DNA from: Auanema rhodensis
Taxonomy: Eukaryota; Animalia; Nematoda
Direction of reading: 5' to 3'
Length of the DNA stretch: 64,000 nt
Assembly: GCA_964057225.1 (NCBI GenBank)
Contig: OZ059897.1
Span: forward strand, 18,228,001-18,292,000
The position numbers and the translations under genes were made by a program. The notes beneath the pieces are model-generated. The model ran no database searches. It was not told the origin of the DNA and saw only the letters and a list, made by a program, of their open reading frames with translations. This document shows positions 13,501 to 27,600 of the stretch, piece by piece; the first letter of the stretch is position 1, and each line of letters begins with the position of its first letter.

Positions 13501-16500
13501 TTGAGAAACGCTTAATACAAAAATTAGTTATAATCGTTTGAAAAATGATGCATTAGTGTATGTTGAGTTTCCATGTACACTTAACATTGCTTCCAAAAAC
13601 ATTTTGACAAAAATTTTTTCGAAAAATTTCAAAATAGTTTAGCAAAAAGTAGATGTTTTTAGATTTTATTTTTCAAGGCAAAGACGATGGACAATGTTAT
13701 TCAACGAAAAAATTAATTCTTCAGGGTGAAAATCGAGGATATAAGTGTGAACTTATATCAGTTGATATCTCGGTGCATTTTTAAGCTAGCGCAAATCTGA
13801 TAACACAGATCGACGCAGCTTAAAAATCCGCATCGAATGCACTATACTACATTGAGAAACGCTTAATACAAAAATTAGTTATAATCGTTTGAAAAATGAT
13901 GCATTAGTGTATGTTGAGTTTCCATGTACACTCAACATTGCTTCCAAAAACATTTTGACAAAAATTTTTTCGAAAAATTTCAAAATAATTTAGCAAAAAG
14001 TAGATGTTTTTAGATTCCATTTTTCAAGGCAAAGACGATGGACAATGTTATTCAACGAAAAAATTAATTCTTCAGGGTGAAAATCGAGGATATAAGTGTG
14101 AACTTATATCAGTTGATATCTCGGTGCATTTTTAAGCTAGCGCAAATCTGATAACACAGATCGACGCAGCTTAAAAATCCGCATCGAATGCACTATACTA
14201 CATTGAGAAACGCTTAATACAAAAATTAGTTATAATCGTTTGAAAAATGATGCATTAGTGTATGTTGAGTTTCCATGTACACTTAACATTGCTTCCAAAA
14301 ACATTTTGACAAAAATTTTTTCGAAAAATTTCAAAATAGTTTACTAAAAAGTAGATGTTTTTAGATTCCATTTTTCAAGGCAAAGACGATGGACAATGTT
14401 ATTCAACGAAAAAATTAATTCTTCAGGGTGAAAATCGAGGATATAAGTGTGAACTTATATCAGTTGATATCTCGGTGCATTTTTAAGCTAGCGCAAATCT
14501 GATAACACAGATCGACGCAGCTTAAAAATCCGGATCGAATGCACTATACTACATTGAGAAACGCTTAATACAAAAATTAGTTATAATCGTTTGAAAAATG
14601 ATGCATTAGTGTATGTTGAGTTTCCATGTACACTTAACATTGCTTCCAAAAACATTTTGACAAAAATTTTTTCGAAAAATTTCAAAATAATTTAGCAAAA
14701 AGTAGATGTTTTTAGATTCCATTTTTCAAGGCAAAGACGATGGACAATGTTATTCAACGAAAAAATTAATTCTTCAGGGTGAAAATCGAAGATATAAGTG
14801 TGAACTTATATCAGTTGATATCTCGGTGCATTTTTAAGCTAGCGCAAATCTGATAACACAGATCGACGCAGCTTAAAAATCCGCATCGAATGCACTATAC
14901 TACATTGAGAAACGCTTAATACAAAAATTAGTTATAATCGTTTGAAAAATGATGCATTAGTGTATGTTGAGTTTCCATGTACACTCAACATTGCTTCCAA
15001 AAACATTTTGACAAAAATTTTTTCGAAAAATTTCAAAATAATTTAGCAAAAAGTAGATGTTTTTAGATTCCATTTTTCAAGGCAAAGACGATGTACAATG
15101 TTATTCAACGAAAAAATTAATTCTTCAGGGTGAAAATCGAGGATATAAGTGTGAACTTATATCAGTTGATATCTCGGTGCATTTTTAAGCTAGCGCAAAT
15201 CTGATAACACAGATCGACGCAGCTTAACAATCCGCATCGAATGCACTATACTACATTGAGAAACGCTTAATACAAAAATTAGTTATAATCGTTTGAAAAA
15301 TGATGCATTAGTGTATGTTGAGTTTCCATGTACACTCAACATTGCTTCCAAAAACATTTTGACAAAAATTTTTTCGAAAAATTTCAAAATAATTTAGCAA
15401 AAAGTAGATGTTTTTAGATTCCATTTTTCAAGGCAAAGACGATGGACAATGTTATTCAACGAAAAAATTAATTCTTCAGGGTGAAAATCGAAGATATAAG
15501 TGTGAACTTATATCAGTTGATATCTCGGTGCATTTTTAAGCTAGCGCAAATCTGATAACACAGATCGACGCAGCTTAAAAATCCGCATCGAATGCACTAT
15601 ACTACATTGAGAAACGCTTGATACAAAAATTAGTTATAATCGTTTGAAAAATGATGCATTAGTGTATGTTGAGTTCCCATGTACACTTAACATTGCTTCC
15701 AAAAACATTTTGACAAAAATTTTTTCGAAAAATTTCAAAATAGTTTACCAAAAAGTAGATGTTTTTAGATTCCATTTTTCAAGGCAAAGACGATGGACAA
15801 TGTTATTCAACGAAAAAATTAATTCTTCAGGGTGAAAATCGAGGATATAAGTGTGAACTTATATCAGTTGATATCTCGGTGCATTTTTAAGCTAGCGCAA
15901 ATCTGATAACACAGATCGACGCAGCTTAAAAATCCGGATCGAATGCACTATACTACATTGAGAAACGCTTAATACAAAAATTAGTTATGATCGTTTGAAA
16001 AATGATGCATTAGTGTATGTTGAGTTTCCATGTACACTCAACATTGCTTCCAAAAACATTTTGACAAAAACTTTTTCGAAAAATTTCAAAATAATTTAGC
16101 AAAAAGTAGATGTTTTTAGATTCCATTTTTCAAGGCAAAGACGATGGACAATGTTATTCAACAAAAAAATTAATTCTTCAGGGTGAAAATCGAGGATATA
16201 AGTGTGAACTTATATCAGTTGATATCTCGGTGCATTTTTAAGCTAGCGCAAATCTGATAACACAGATCGACGCAGCTTAAAAATCCGCATCGAATGCACT
16301 ATACTACATTGAGAAACGCTTAATACAAAAATTAGTTATAATCGTTTGAAAAATGATGCATTAGTGTATGTTGAGTTTCCATGTACACTCAACATTGCTT
16401 CCAAAAACATTTTGACAAAAATTTTTTCGAAAAATTTCAAAATAATTTAGCAAAAAGTAGATGTTTTTAGATTCCATTTTTCAAGGCAAAGACGATGGAC

Positions 16501-19500
16501 AATGTTATTCAACGAAAAAATTAATTCTTCAGGGTGAAAATCGAGGATATAAGTGTGAACTTATATCAGTTGATATCTCGGTGCATTTTTAAGCTAGCGC
16601 AAATCTGATAACACAGATCGACGCAGCTTAAAAATCCGCATCGAATGCACTATACTACATTGAGAAACGCTTGATACAAAAATTAGTTATAATCGTTTGA
16701 AAAATGATGCATTAGTGTATGTTGAGTTTCCATGTACACTTAACATTGCTTCCAAAAACATTTTGACAAAAATTTTTTCGAAAAATTTCAAAATAGTTTA
16801 CCAAAAAGTAGATGTTTTTAGATTCCATTTTTCAAGGCAAAGACGATGGACAATGTTATTCAACGAAAAAATTAATTCTTCAGGGTGAAAATCGAGGATA
16901 TAAGTGTGAACTTATATCAGTTGATATCTCGGTGCATTTTTAAGCTAGCGCAAATCTGATAACACAGATCGACGCAGCTGAAAAATCCGGATCGAATGCA
17001 CTATACTACATTAAGAAACGCTTGATACAAAAATTAGTTATGATCGTTTGAAAAATGATGCATTAGTGTATGTTGAGTTTCCATGTACACTCAACATTGC
17101 TTCCAAAAACATTTTGACAAAAACTTTTTCGAAAAATTTCAAAATAATTTAGCAAAAAGTAGATGTTTTTAGATTCCATTTTTCAAGGCAAAGACGATGG
17201 ACAATGTTATTCAACGAAAAAATTAATTCTTCAGGGTGAAAATCGAAGATATAAGTGTGAACTTATATCAGTTGATATCTCGGTGCATTTTTAAGCTAGC
17301 GCAAATCTGATAACACAGATCGACGCAGCTTAAAAATCCGCATCGAATGCACTATACTACATTGAGAAACGCTTAATACAAAAATTAGTTATGATCGTTT
17401 GAAAAATGATGCATTAGTGTATGTTGAGTTTCCATGTACACTCAACATTGCTTCCAAAAACATTTTGACAAAAATTTTTTCGAAAAATTTCAAAATAATT
17501 TAGCAAAAAGTAGATGTTTTTAGATTCCTTTTTTCAAGGCAAAGACGATGGACAATGTTATTCAACGAAAAAATTAATTCTTCAGGGTGAAAATCGAGGA
17601 TATAAGTGTGAACTTATATCAGTTGATATCTCGGTGCATTTTTAAGCTAGCGCAAATCTGATAACACAGATCGACGCAGCTTAAAAATCCGCATCGAATG
17701 CACTTTACTACATTGAGAAACGCTTGATACAAAAATTAGTTATGATCGTTTGAAAAATGATGCATTAGTGTATGTTGAGTTTCCATGTACACTCAACATT
17801 GCTTCCAAAAACATTTTGACAAAAATTTTTTCGAAAAATTTCAAAATAATTTAGCAAAAAGTAGATGTTTTTAGATTCCTTTTTTCAAGGCAAAGACGAT
17901 GGACAATGTTATTCAACGAAAAAAGTAATTCTTCAGGGTGAAAATCGAGGATATAAGTGTGAACTTATATCAGTTGATATCTCGGTGCATTTTTAAGCTA
18001 GCGCAAATCTGATAACACAGATCGACGCAGCTTAAAAATCCGCATCGAATGCACTATACTACATTGAGAAACGCTTAATACAAAAATTAGTTATAATCGT
18101 TTGAAAAATGATGCATTAGTGTATGTTGAGTTTCCATGTACACTTAACATTGCTTCCAAAAACATTTTGACAAAAATTTTTTCGAAAAATTTCAAAATAG
18201 TTTACTAAAAAGTAGATGTTTTTAGATTCCATTTTTCAAGGCAAAGACGATGGACAATGTTATTCAACGAAAAAATTAATTCTTCAGGGTGAAAATCGAA
18301 GATATAAGTGTGAACTTATATCAGTTGATATCTCGGTGCATTTTTAAGCTAGCGCAAATCTGATAACACAGATCGACGCAGCTTAAAAATCCGCATCGAA
18401 TGCACTATACTACATCGAGAAACGCTTAATACAAAAATTAGTTATAATCGTTTGAAAAATGATGCATTAGTGTATGTTGAGTTTCCATGTACACTTAACA
18501 TTGCTTCCAAAAACATTTTGACAAAAATTTTTTCGAAAAATTTCAAAATAGTTTACTAAAAAGTAGATGTTTTTAGATTCCATTTTTCAAGGCAAAGACG
18601 ATGGACAATGTTATTCAACGAAAAAATTAATTCTTCAGGGTGAAAATCGAAGATATAAGTGTGAACTTATATCAGTTGATATCTCGGTGCATTTTTAAGC
18701 TAGCGCAAATCTGATAACACAGATCGACGCAGCTTAAAAATCCGCATCGAATGCACTATACTACATCGAGAAACGCTTAATACAAAAATTAGTTATAATC
18801 GTTTGAAAAATGATGCATTAGTGTATGTTGAGTTTCCATGTACACTCAACATTGCTTCCAAAAACATTTTGACAAAAATTTTTTCGAAAAATTTCAAAAT
18901 AATTTAGCAAAAAGTAGATGTTTTTAGATTCCATTTTTCAAGGCAAAGACGATGGACAATGTTATTCAACGAAAAAATTAATTCTTCAGGGTGAAAATCG
19001 AAGATATAAGTGTGAACTTATATCAGTTGATATCTCGGTGCATTTTTAAGCTAGCGCAAATCTGATAACACAGATCGACGCAGCTTAAAAATCCGCATCG
19101 AATGCACTATACTACATTGAGAAACGCTTAATACAAAAATTAGTTATAATCGTTTGAAAAATGATGCATTAGTGTATGTTGAGTTTCCATGTACACTCAA
19201 CATTGCTTCCAAAAACATTTTGACAAAAATTTTTTCGAAAAATTTCAAAATAGTTTACTGAAAAGTAGATGTTTTTAGATTCCATTTTTCAAGGCAAAGA
19301 CGATGGACAATGTTATTCAACGAAAAAATTAATTCTTCAGGGTGAAAATCGAAGATATAAGTGTGAACTTATATCAGTTGATATCTCGGTGCATTTTTAA
19401 GCTAGCGCAAATCTGATAACACAGATCGACGCAGCTTAAAAATCCGCATCGAATGCACTATACTACATCGAGAAACGCTTAATACAAAAATTAGTTATAA

Positions 19501-22500
19501 TCGTTTGAAAAATGATGCATTAGTGTATGTTGAGTTTCCATGTACACTCAACATTGCTTCCAAAAACATTTTGACAAAAATTTTTTCGAAAAATTTCAAA
19601 ATAATTTAGCAAAAAGTAGATGTTTTTAGATTCCATTTTTCAAGGCAAAGACGATGGACAATGTTATTCAACGAAAAAATTAATTCTTCAGGGTGAAAAT
19701 CGAAGATATAAGTGTGAACTTATATCAGTTGATATCTCGGTGCATTTTTAAGCTAGCGCAAATCTGATAACACAGATCGACGCAGCTTAAAAATCCGCAT
19801 CGAATGCACTATACTACATTGAGAAACGCTTAATACAAAAATTAGTTATAATCGTTTGAAAAATGATGCATTAGTGTATGTTGAGTTTCCATGTACACTC
19901 AACATTGCTTCCAAAAACATTTTGACAAAAATTTTTTCGAAAAACTTCAAAATAATTTAGCAAAAAGTAGATGTTTTAAGATTCCATTTTTCAAGGCAAA
20001 GACGATGGACAATGTTATTCAACGAAAAAATTAATTCTTCAGGGTGAAAATCGAGGATATAAGTGTGAACTTATATCAGTTGATATCTCGGTGCATTTTT
20101 AAGCTAGCGCAAATCTGATAACACAGATCGACGCAGCTTAAAAATCCGCATCGAATGCACTATACTACATTGAGAAACGCTTAATACAAAAATTAGTTAT
20201 GATCGTTTGAAAAATGATGCATTAGTGTATGTTGAGTTTCCATGTACACTCAACATTGCTTCCAAAAACATTTTGACAAAAATTTTTTCGAAAAATTTCA
20301 AAATAATTTAGCAAAAAGTAGATGTTTTTAGATTCCATTTTTCAAGGCAAAGACGATGGACAATGTTATTCAACGAAAAAATTAATTCTTCAGGGTGAAA
20401 ATCGAAGATATAAGTGTGAACTTATATCAGTTGATATCTCGGTGCATTTTTAAGCTAGCGTAAATCTGATAACACAGATCGACGCAGCTTAAAAATCCGC
20501 ATCGAATGCACTATACTACATTGAGAAACGCTTAATACAAAAATTAGTTATAATCGTTTGAAAAATGATGCATTAGTGTATGTTGAGTTTCCATGTACAC
20601 TCAACATTGCTTCCAAAAACATTTTGACAAAAATTTTTTCGAAAAATTTCAAAATAATTTAGCAAAAAGTAGATGTTTTTAGATTCCATTTTTCAAGGCA
20701 AAGACGATGGACAATGTTATTCAACGAAAAAATTAATTCTTCAGGGTGAAAATCGAGGATATAAGTGTGAACTTATATCAGTTGATATCTCGGTGCATTT
20801 TTAAGCTAGCGCAAATCTGATAACACAGATCGACGCAGCTTAAAAATCCGCATCGAATGCACTAAACTACATTGAGAAACGCTTAATACAAAAATTAGTT
20901 ATAATCGTTTGAAAAATGATGCATTAGTGTATGTTGAGTTTCCATGTACACTCAACATTGCTTCCAAAAACATTTTGACAAAAATTTTTTCGAAAAATTT
21001 CAAAATAATTTAGCAAAAAGTAGATGTTTTTAGATTCCATTTTTCAAGGCAAAGACGATGGACAATGTTATTCAACGAAAAAATTAATTCTTCAGGGTGA
21101 AAATCGAGGATATAAGTGTGAACTTATATCAGTTGATATCTCGGTGCATTTTTAAGCTAGCGCAAATCTGATAACACAGATCGACGCAGCTTAAAAATCC
21201 GCATCGAATGCACTATACTACATTGAGAAACGCTTGATACAAAAATTAGTTATGATCGTTTGAAAAATGATGCATTAGTGTATGTTGAGTTTCCATGTAC
21301 ACTCAACATTGCTTCCAAAAACATTTTGACAAAAATTTTTTCGAAAAATTTCAAAATAATTTAGCAAAAAGTAGATGTTTTTAGATTCCATTTTTCAAGG
21401 CAAAGACGATGGACAATGTTATTCAACGAAAAAATTAATTCTTCAGGGTGAAAATCGAGGATATAAGTGTGAACTTATATCAGTTGATATCTCGGTGCAT
21501 TTTTAAGCTAGCGCAAATCTGATGACACAGATCGACGCAGCTTAAAAATCCGCATCGAATGCACTATACTACATTGAGAAACGCTTAATACAAAAATTAG
21601 TTATAATCGTTTGAAAAATGATGCATTAGTGTATGTTGAGTTTCCATGTACACTCAACATTGCTTCCAAAAACATTTTGACAAAAATTTTTTCGAAAAAT
21701 TTCAAAATAATTTAGCAAAAAGTAGATGTTTTTAGATTCCATTTTTCAAGGCAAAGACGATGGACAATGTTATTCAACGAAAAAATTAATTCTTCAGGGT
21801 GAAAATCGAGGATATAAGTGTGAACTTATATCAGTTGATATCTCGGTGCATTTTTAAGCTAGCGCAAATCTGATAACACAGATCGACGCAGCTTAAAAAT
21901 CCGCATCGAATGCACTATACTACATTGAGAAACGCTTAATACAAAAATTAGTTATAATCGTTTGAAAAATGATGCATTAGTGTATGTTGAGTTTCCATGT
22001 ACACTTAACATTGCTTCCAAAAACATTTTGACAAAAATTTTTTCGAAAAATTTCAAAATAGTTTACTAAAAAGTAGATGTTTTTAGATTCCATTTTTCAA
22101 GGCAAAGACGATGGACAATGTTATTCAACGAAAAAATTAATTCTTCAGGGTGAAAATCGAGGATATAAGTGTGAACTTATATCAGTTGATATCTCGGTGC
22201 ATTTTTAAGCTAGCGCAAATCTGATAACACAGATCGACGCAGCTTACAAAACCGCATCGAATGCACTATACTACATTGAGAAACGCTTAATACAAAAATT
22301 AGTTATAATCGTTTGAAAAATGATGCATTAGTGTATGTTGAGTTTCCATGTACACTCAACATTGCTTCCAAAAACATTTTGACAAAAATTTTTTCGAAAA
22401 ATTTCAAAATAATTTAGCAAAAAGTAGATGTTTTTAGATTCCATTTTTCAAGGCAAAGACGATGGACAATGTTATTCAACGAAAAAATTAATTCTTCAGG

Positions 22501-23599
22501 GTGAAAATCGAAGATATAAGTGTGAACTTATATCAGTTGATATCTCGGTGCATTTTTAAGCTAGCGCAAATCTGATAACACAGATCGACGCAGCTTAAAA
22601 ATCCGCATCGAATGCACTATACTACATTGAGAAACGCTTAATACAAAAATTAGTTATAATCGTTTGAAAAATGATGCATTAGTGTATGTTGAGTTTCCAT
22701 GTACACTCAACATTGCTTCCAAAAACATTTTGACAAAAATTTTTTCGAAAAATTTCAAAATAATTTAGCAAAAAGTAGATGTTTTTAGATTCCATTTTTC
22801 AAGGCAAAGACGATGGACAATGTTATTCAACGAAAAAATTAATTCTTCAGGGTGAAAATCGAAGATATAAGTGTGAACTTATATCAGTTGATATCTCGGT
22901 GCATTTTTAAGCTAGCGTAAATCTGATAACACAGATCGACGCAGCTTAAAAATCCGCATCGAATGCACTATACTACATTGAGAAACGCTTAATACAAAAA
23001 TTAGTTATAATCGTTTGAAAAATGATGCATTAGTGTATGTTGAGTTTCCATGTACACTCAACATTGCTTCCAAAAACATTTTGACAAAAATTTTTTCGAA
23101 AAATTTCAAAATAATTTAGCAAAAAGTAGATGTTTTTAGATTCCATTTTTCAAAGCAAAGACGATGGACAATGTTATTCAACGAAAAAATTAATTCTTCA
23201 GGGTGAAAATCGAAGATATAAGTGTGAACTTATATCAGTTGATATCTCGGTGCATTTTTAAGCTAGCGCAAATCTGATAACACAGATCGACGCAGCTTAA
23301 AAATCCGCATCGAATGCACTATACTACATTGAGAAACGCTTAATACAAAAATTAGTTATAATCGTTTGAAAAATGATGCATTAGTGTATGTTGAGTTTCC
23401 ATGTACACTCAACATTGCTTCCAAAAACATTTTGACAAAAATTTTTTCGAAAAATTTCAAAATAATTTAGCAAAAAGTAGATGTTTTTAGATTCCATTTT
23501 TCAAGGCAAAGACGATGGACAATGTTATTCAACGAAAAAATTAATTCTTCAGGGTGAAAATCGAGGATATAAGTGTGAACTTATATCAGTTGATATCTC

Positions 23600-26500
23600 G
23601 GTGCATTTTTAAGCTAGCGCAAATCTGATAACACAGATCGACGCAGCTTAAAAATCCGCATCGAATGCACTATACTACATCGAGAAACGCTTAATACAAA
23701 AATTAGTTATAATCGTTTGAAAAATGATGCATTAGTGTATGTTGAGTTTCCATGTACACTTAACATTGCTTCCAAAAACATTTTGACAAAAATTTTTTCG
23801 AAAAATTTCAAAATAGTTTACCAAAAAGTAGATGTTTTTAGATTCCATTTTTCAAGGCAAAGACGATGGACAATGTTATTCAACGAAAAAATTAATTCTT
23901 CAGGGTGAAAATCGAAGATATAAGTGTGAACTTATATCAGTTGATATCTCGGTGCATTTTTAAGCTAGCGTAAATCTGATAACACAGATCGACGCAGCTT
24001 AAAAATCCGCATCGAATGCACTATACTACATTGAGAAACGCTTAATACAAAAATCAGTTATAATCGTTTGAAAAATGATGCATTAGTGTATGTTGAGTTT
24101 CCATGTACACTCAACATTGCTTCCAAAAACATTTTGACAAAAATTTTTTCGAAAAATTTCAAAATAATTTAGCAAAAAGTAGATGTTTTTAGATTCCATT
24201 TTTCAAGGCAAAGACGATGGACAATGTTATTCAACGAAAAAATTAATTCTTCAGGGTGAAAATCGAAGATATAAGTGTGAACTTATATCAGTTGATATCT
24301 CGGTGCATTTTTAAGCTAGCGCAAATCTGATAACACAGATCGACGCAGCTTAAAAATCCGCATCGAATGCACTATACTACATTGAGAAACGCTTAATACA
24401 AAAATTAGTTATAATCGTTTGAAAAATGATGCATTAGTGTATGTTGAGTTTCCATGTACACTCAACATTGCTTCCAAAAACATTTTGACAAAAATTTTTT
24501 CGAAAAATTTCAAAATAATTTAGCAAAAAGTAGATGTTTTTAGATTCCATTTTTCAAGGCAAAGACGATGGACAATGTTATTCAACGAAAAAATTAATTC
24601 TTCAGGGTGAAAATCGAAGATATAAGTGTGAACTTATATCAGTTGATATCTCGGTGCATTTTTAAGCTAGCGTAAATCTGATAACACAGATCGACGCAGC
24701 TTAAAAATCCGCATCGAATGCACTATACTACATTGAGAAACGCTTAATACAAAAATTAGTTATAATCGTTTGAAAAATGATGCATTAGTGTATGTTGAGT
24801 TTCCATGTACACTCAACATTGCTTCCAAAAACATTTTGACAAAAATTTTTTCGAAAAATTTCAAAATAATTTAGCAAAAAGTAGATGTTTTTAGATTCCA
24901 TTTTTCAAGGCAAAGACGATGGACAATGTTATTCAACGAAAAAATTAATTCTTCAGGGTGAAAATCGAAGATATAAGTGTGAACTTATATCAGTTGATAT
25001 CTCGGTGCATTTTTAAGCTAGCGCAAATCTGATAACACAGATCGACGCAGCTTAAAAATCCGCATCGAATGCACTATACTACATTGAGAAACGCTTAATA
25101 CAAAAATTAGTTATAATCGTTTGAAAAATGATGCATTAGTGTATGTTGAGTTTCCATGTACACTCAACATTGCTTCCAAAAACATTTTGACAAAAATTTT
25201 TTCGAAAAATTTCAAAATAATTTAGCAAAAAGTAGATGTTTTTAGATTCCATTTTTCAAGGCAAAGACGATGGACAATGTTATTCAACGAAAAAATTAAT
25301 TCTTCAGGGTGAAAATCGAGGATATAAGTGTGAACTTATATCAGTTGATATCTCGGTGCATTTTTAAGCTAGCGCAAATCTGATAACACAGATCGACGCA
25401 GCTTAAAAATCCGCATCGAATGCACTATACTACATCGAGAAACGCTTAATACAAAAATTAGTTATAATCGTTTGAAAAATGATGCATTAGTGTATGTTGA
25501 GTTTCCATGTACACTTAACATTGCTTCCAAAAACATTTTGACAAAAATTTTTTCGAAAAATTTCAAAATAGTTTACCAAAAAGTAGATGTTTTTAGATTC
25601 CATTTTTCAAGGCAAAGACGATGGACAATGTTATTCAACGAAAAAATTAATTCTTCAGGGTGAAAATCGAAGATATAAGTGTGAACTTATATCAGTTGAT
25701 ATCTCGGTGCATTTTTAAGCTAGCGTAAATCTGATAACACAGATCGACGCAGCTTAAAAATCCGCATCGAATGCACTATACTACATTGAGAAACGCTTAA
25801 TACAAAAATCAGTTATAATCGTTTGAAAAATGATGCATTAGTGTATGTTGAGTTTCCATGTACACTCAACATTGCTTCCAAAAACATTTTGACAAAAATT
25901 TTTTCGAAAAATTTCAAAATAATTTAGCAAAAAGTAGATGTTTTTAGATTCCATTTTTCAAGGCAAAGACGATGGACAATGTTATTCAACGAAAAAATTA
26001 ATTCTTCAGGGTGAAAATCGAAGATATAAGTGTGAACTTATATCAGTTGATATCTCGGTGCATTTTTAAGCTAGCGCAAATCTGATAACACAGATCGACG
26101 CAGCTTAAAAATCCGCATCGAATGCACTATACTACATCGAGAAACGCTCAATACAAAAATTAGTTATAATCGTTTGAAAAATGATGCATTAGTGTATGTT
26201 GAGTTTCCATGTACACTCAACATTGCTTCCAAAAACATTTTGACAAAAATTTTTTCGAAAAATTTCAAAATAATTTAGCAAAAAGTAGATGTTTTTAGAT
26301 TCCATTTTTCAAGGCAAAGACGATGGACAATGTTATTCAACGAAAAAATTAATTCTTCAGGGTGAAAATCGAGGATATAAGTGTGAACTTATATCAGTTG
26401 ATATCTCGGTGCATTTTTAAGCTAGCGCAAATCTGATGACACAGATCGACGCAGCTTAAAAATCCGGATCGAATGCACTATACTACATTGAGAAACGCTT

Positions 26501-27600
26501 AATACAAAAATTAGTTATAATCGTTTGAAAAATGATGCATTAGTGTATGTTGAGTTTCCATGTACACTCAACATTGCTTCCAAAAACATTTTGACAAAAA
26601 TTTTTTCGAAAAATTTCAAAATAATTTAGCAAAAAGTAGATGTTTTTAGATTCCATTTTTCAAGGCAAAGACGATGGACAATGTTATTCAACGAAAAAAT
26701 TAATTCTTCAGGGTGAAAATCGAGGATATAAGTGTGAACTTATATCAGTTGATATCTCGGTGCATTTTTAAGCTAGCGCAAATCTGATAACACAGATCGA
26801 CGCAGCTTAAAAATCCGCATCGAATGCACTATACTACATCGAGAAACGCTTAATACAAAAATTAGTTATAATCGTTTGAAAAATGATGCATTAGTGTATG
26901 TTGAGTTTCCATGTACACTTAACATTGCTTCCAAAAACATTTTGACAAAAATTTTTTCGAAAAATTTCAAAATAGTTTACCAAAAAGTAGATGTTTTTAG
27001 ATTCCATTTTTCAAGGCAAAGACGATGGACAATGTTATTCAACGAAAAAATTAATTCTTCAGGGTGAAAATCGAAGATATAAGTGTGAACTTATATCAGT
27101 TGATATCTCGGTGCATTTTTAAGCTAGCGTAAATCTGATAACACAGATCGACGCAGCTTAAAAATCCGCATCGAATGCACTATACTACATTGAGAAACGC
27201 TTAATACAAAAATCAGTTATAATCGTTTGAAAAATGATGCATTAGTGTATGTTGAGTTTCCATGTACACTCAACATTGCTTCCAAAAACATTTTGACAAA
27301 AATTTTTTCGAAAAATTTCAAAATAATTTAGCAAAAAGTAGATGTTTTTAGATTCCATTTTTCAAGGCAAAGACGATGGACAATGTTATTCAACGAAAAA
27401 ATTAATTCTTCAGGGTGAAAATCGAAGATATAAGTGTGAACTTATATCAGTTGATATCTCGGTGCATTTTTAAGCTAGCGCAAATCTGATAACACAGATC
27501 GACGCAGCTTAAAAATCCGCATCGAATGCACTATACTACATCGAGAAACGCTCAATACAAAAATTAGTTATAATCGTTTGAAAAATGATGCATTAGTGTA
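23600..27600. repeat. Local 5-mer then 4-mer block duplications
   Basis: Private AATCAGTT at 24055, 25810 and 27214 (spacing 1755, then 1404). The open-ORF copies at 23717, 25472 and 26876 show the same spacing. Confidence 0.85.
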
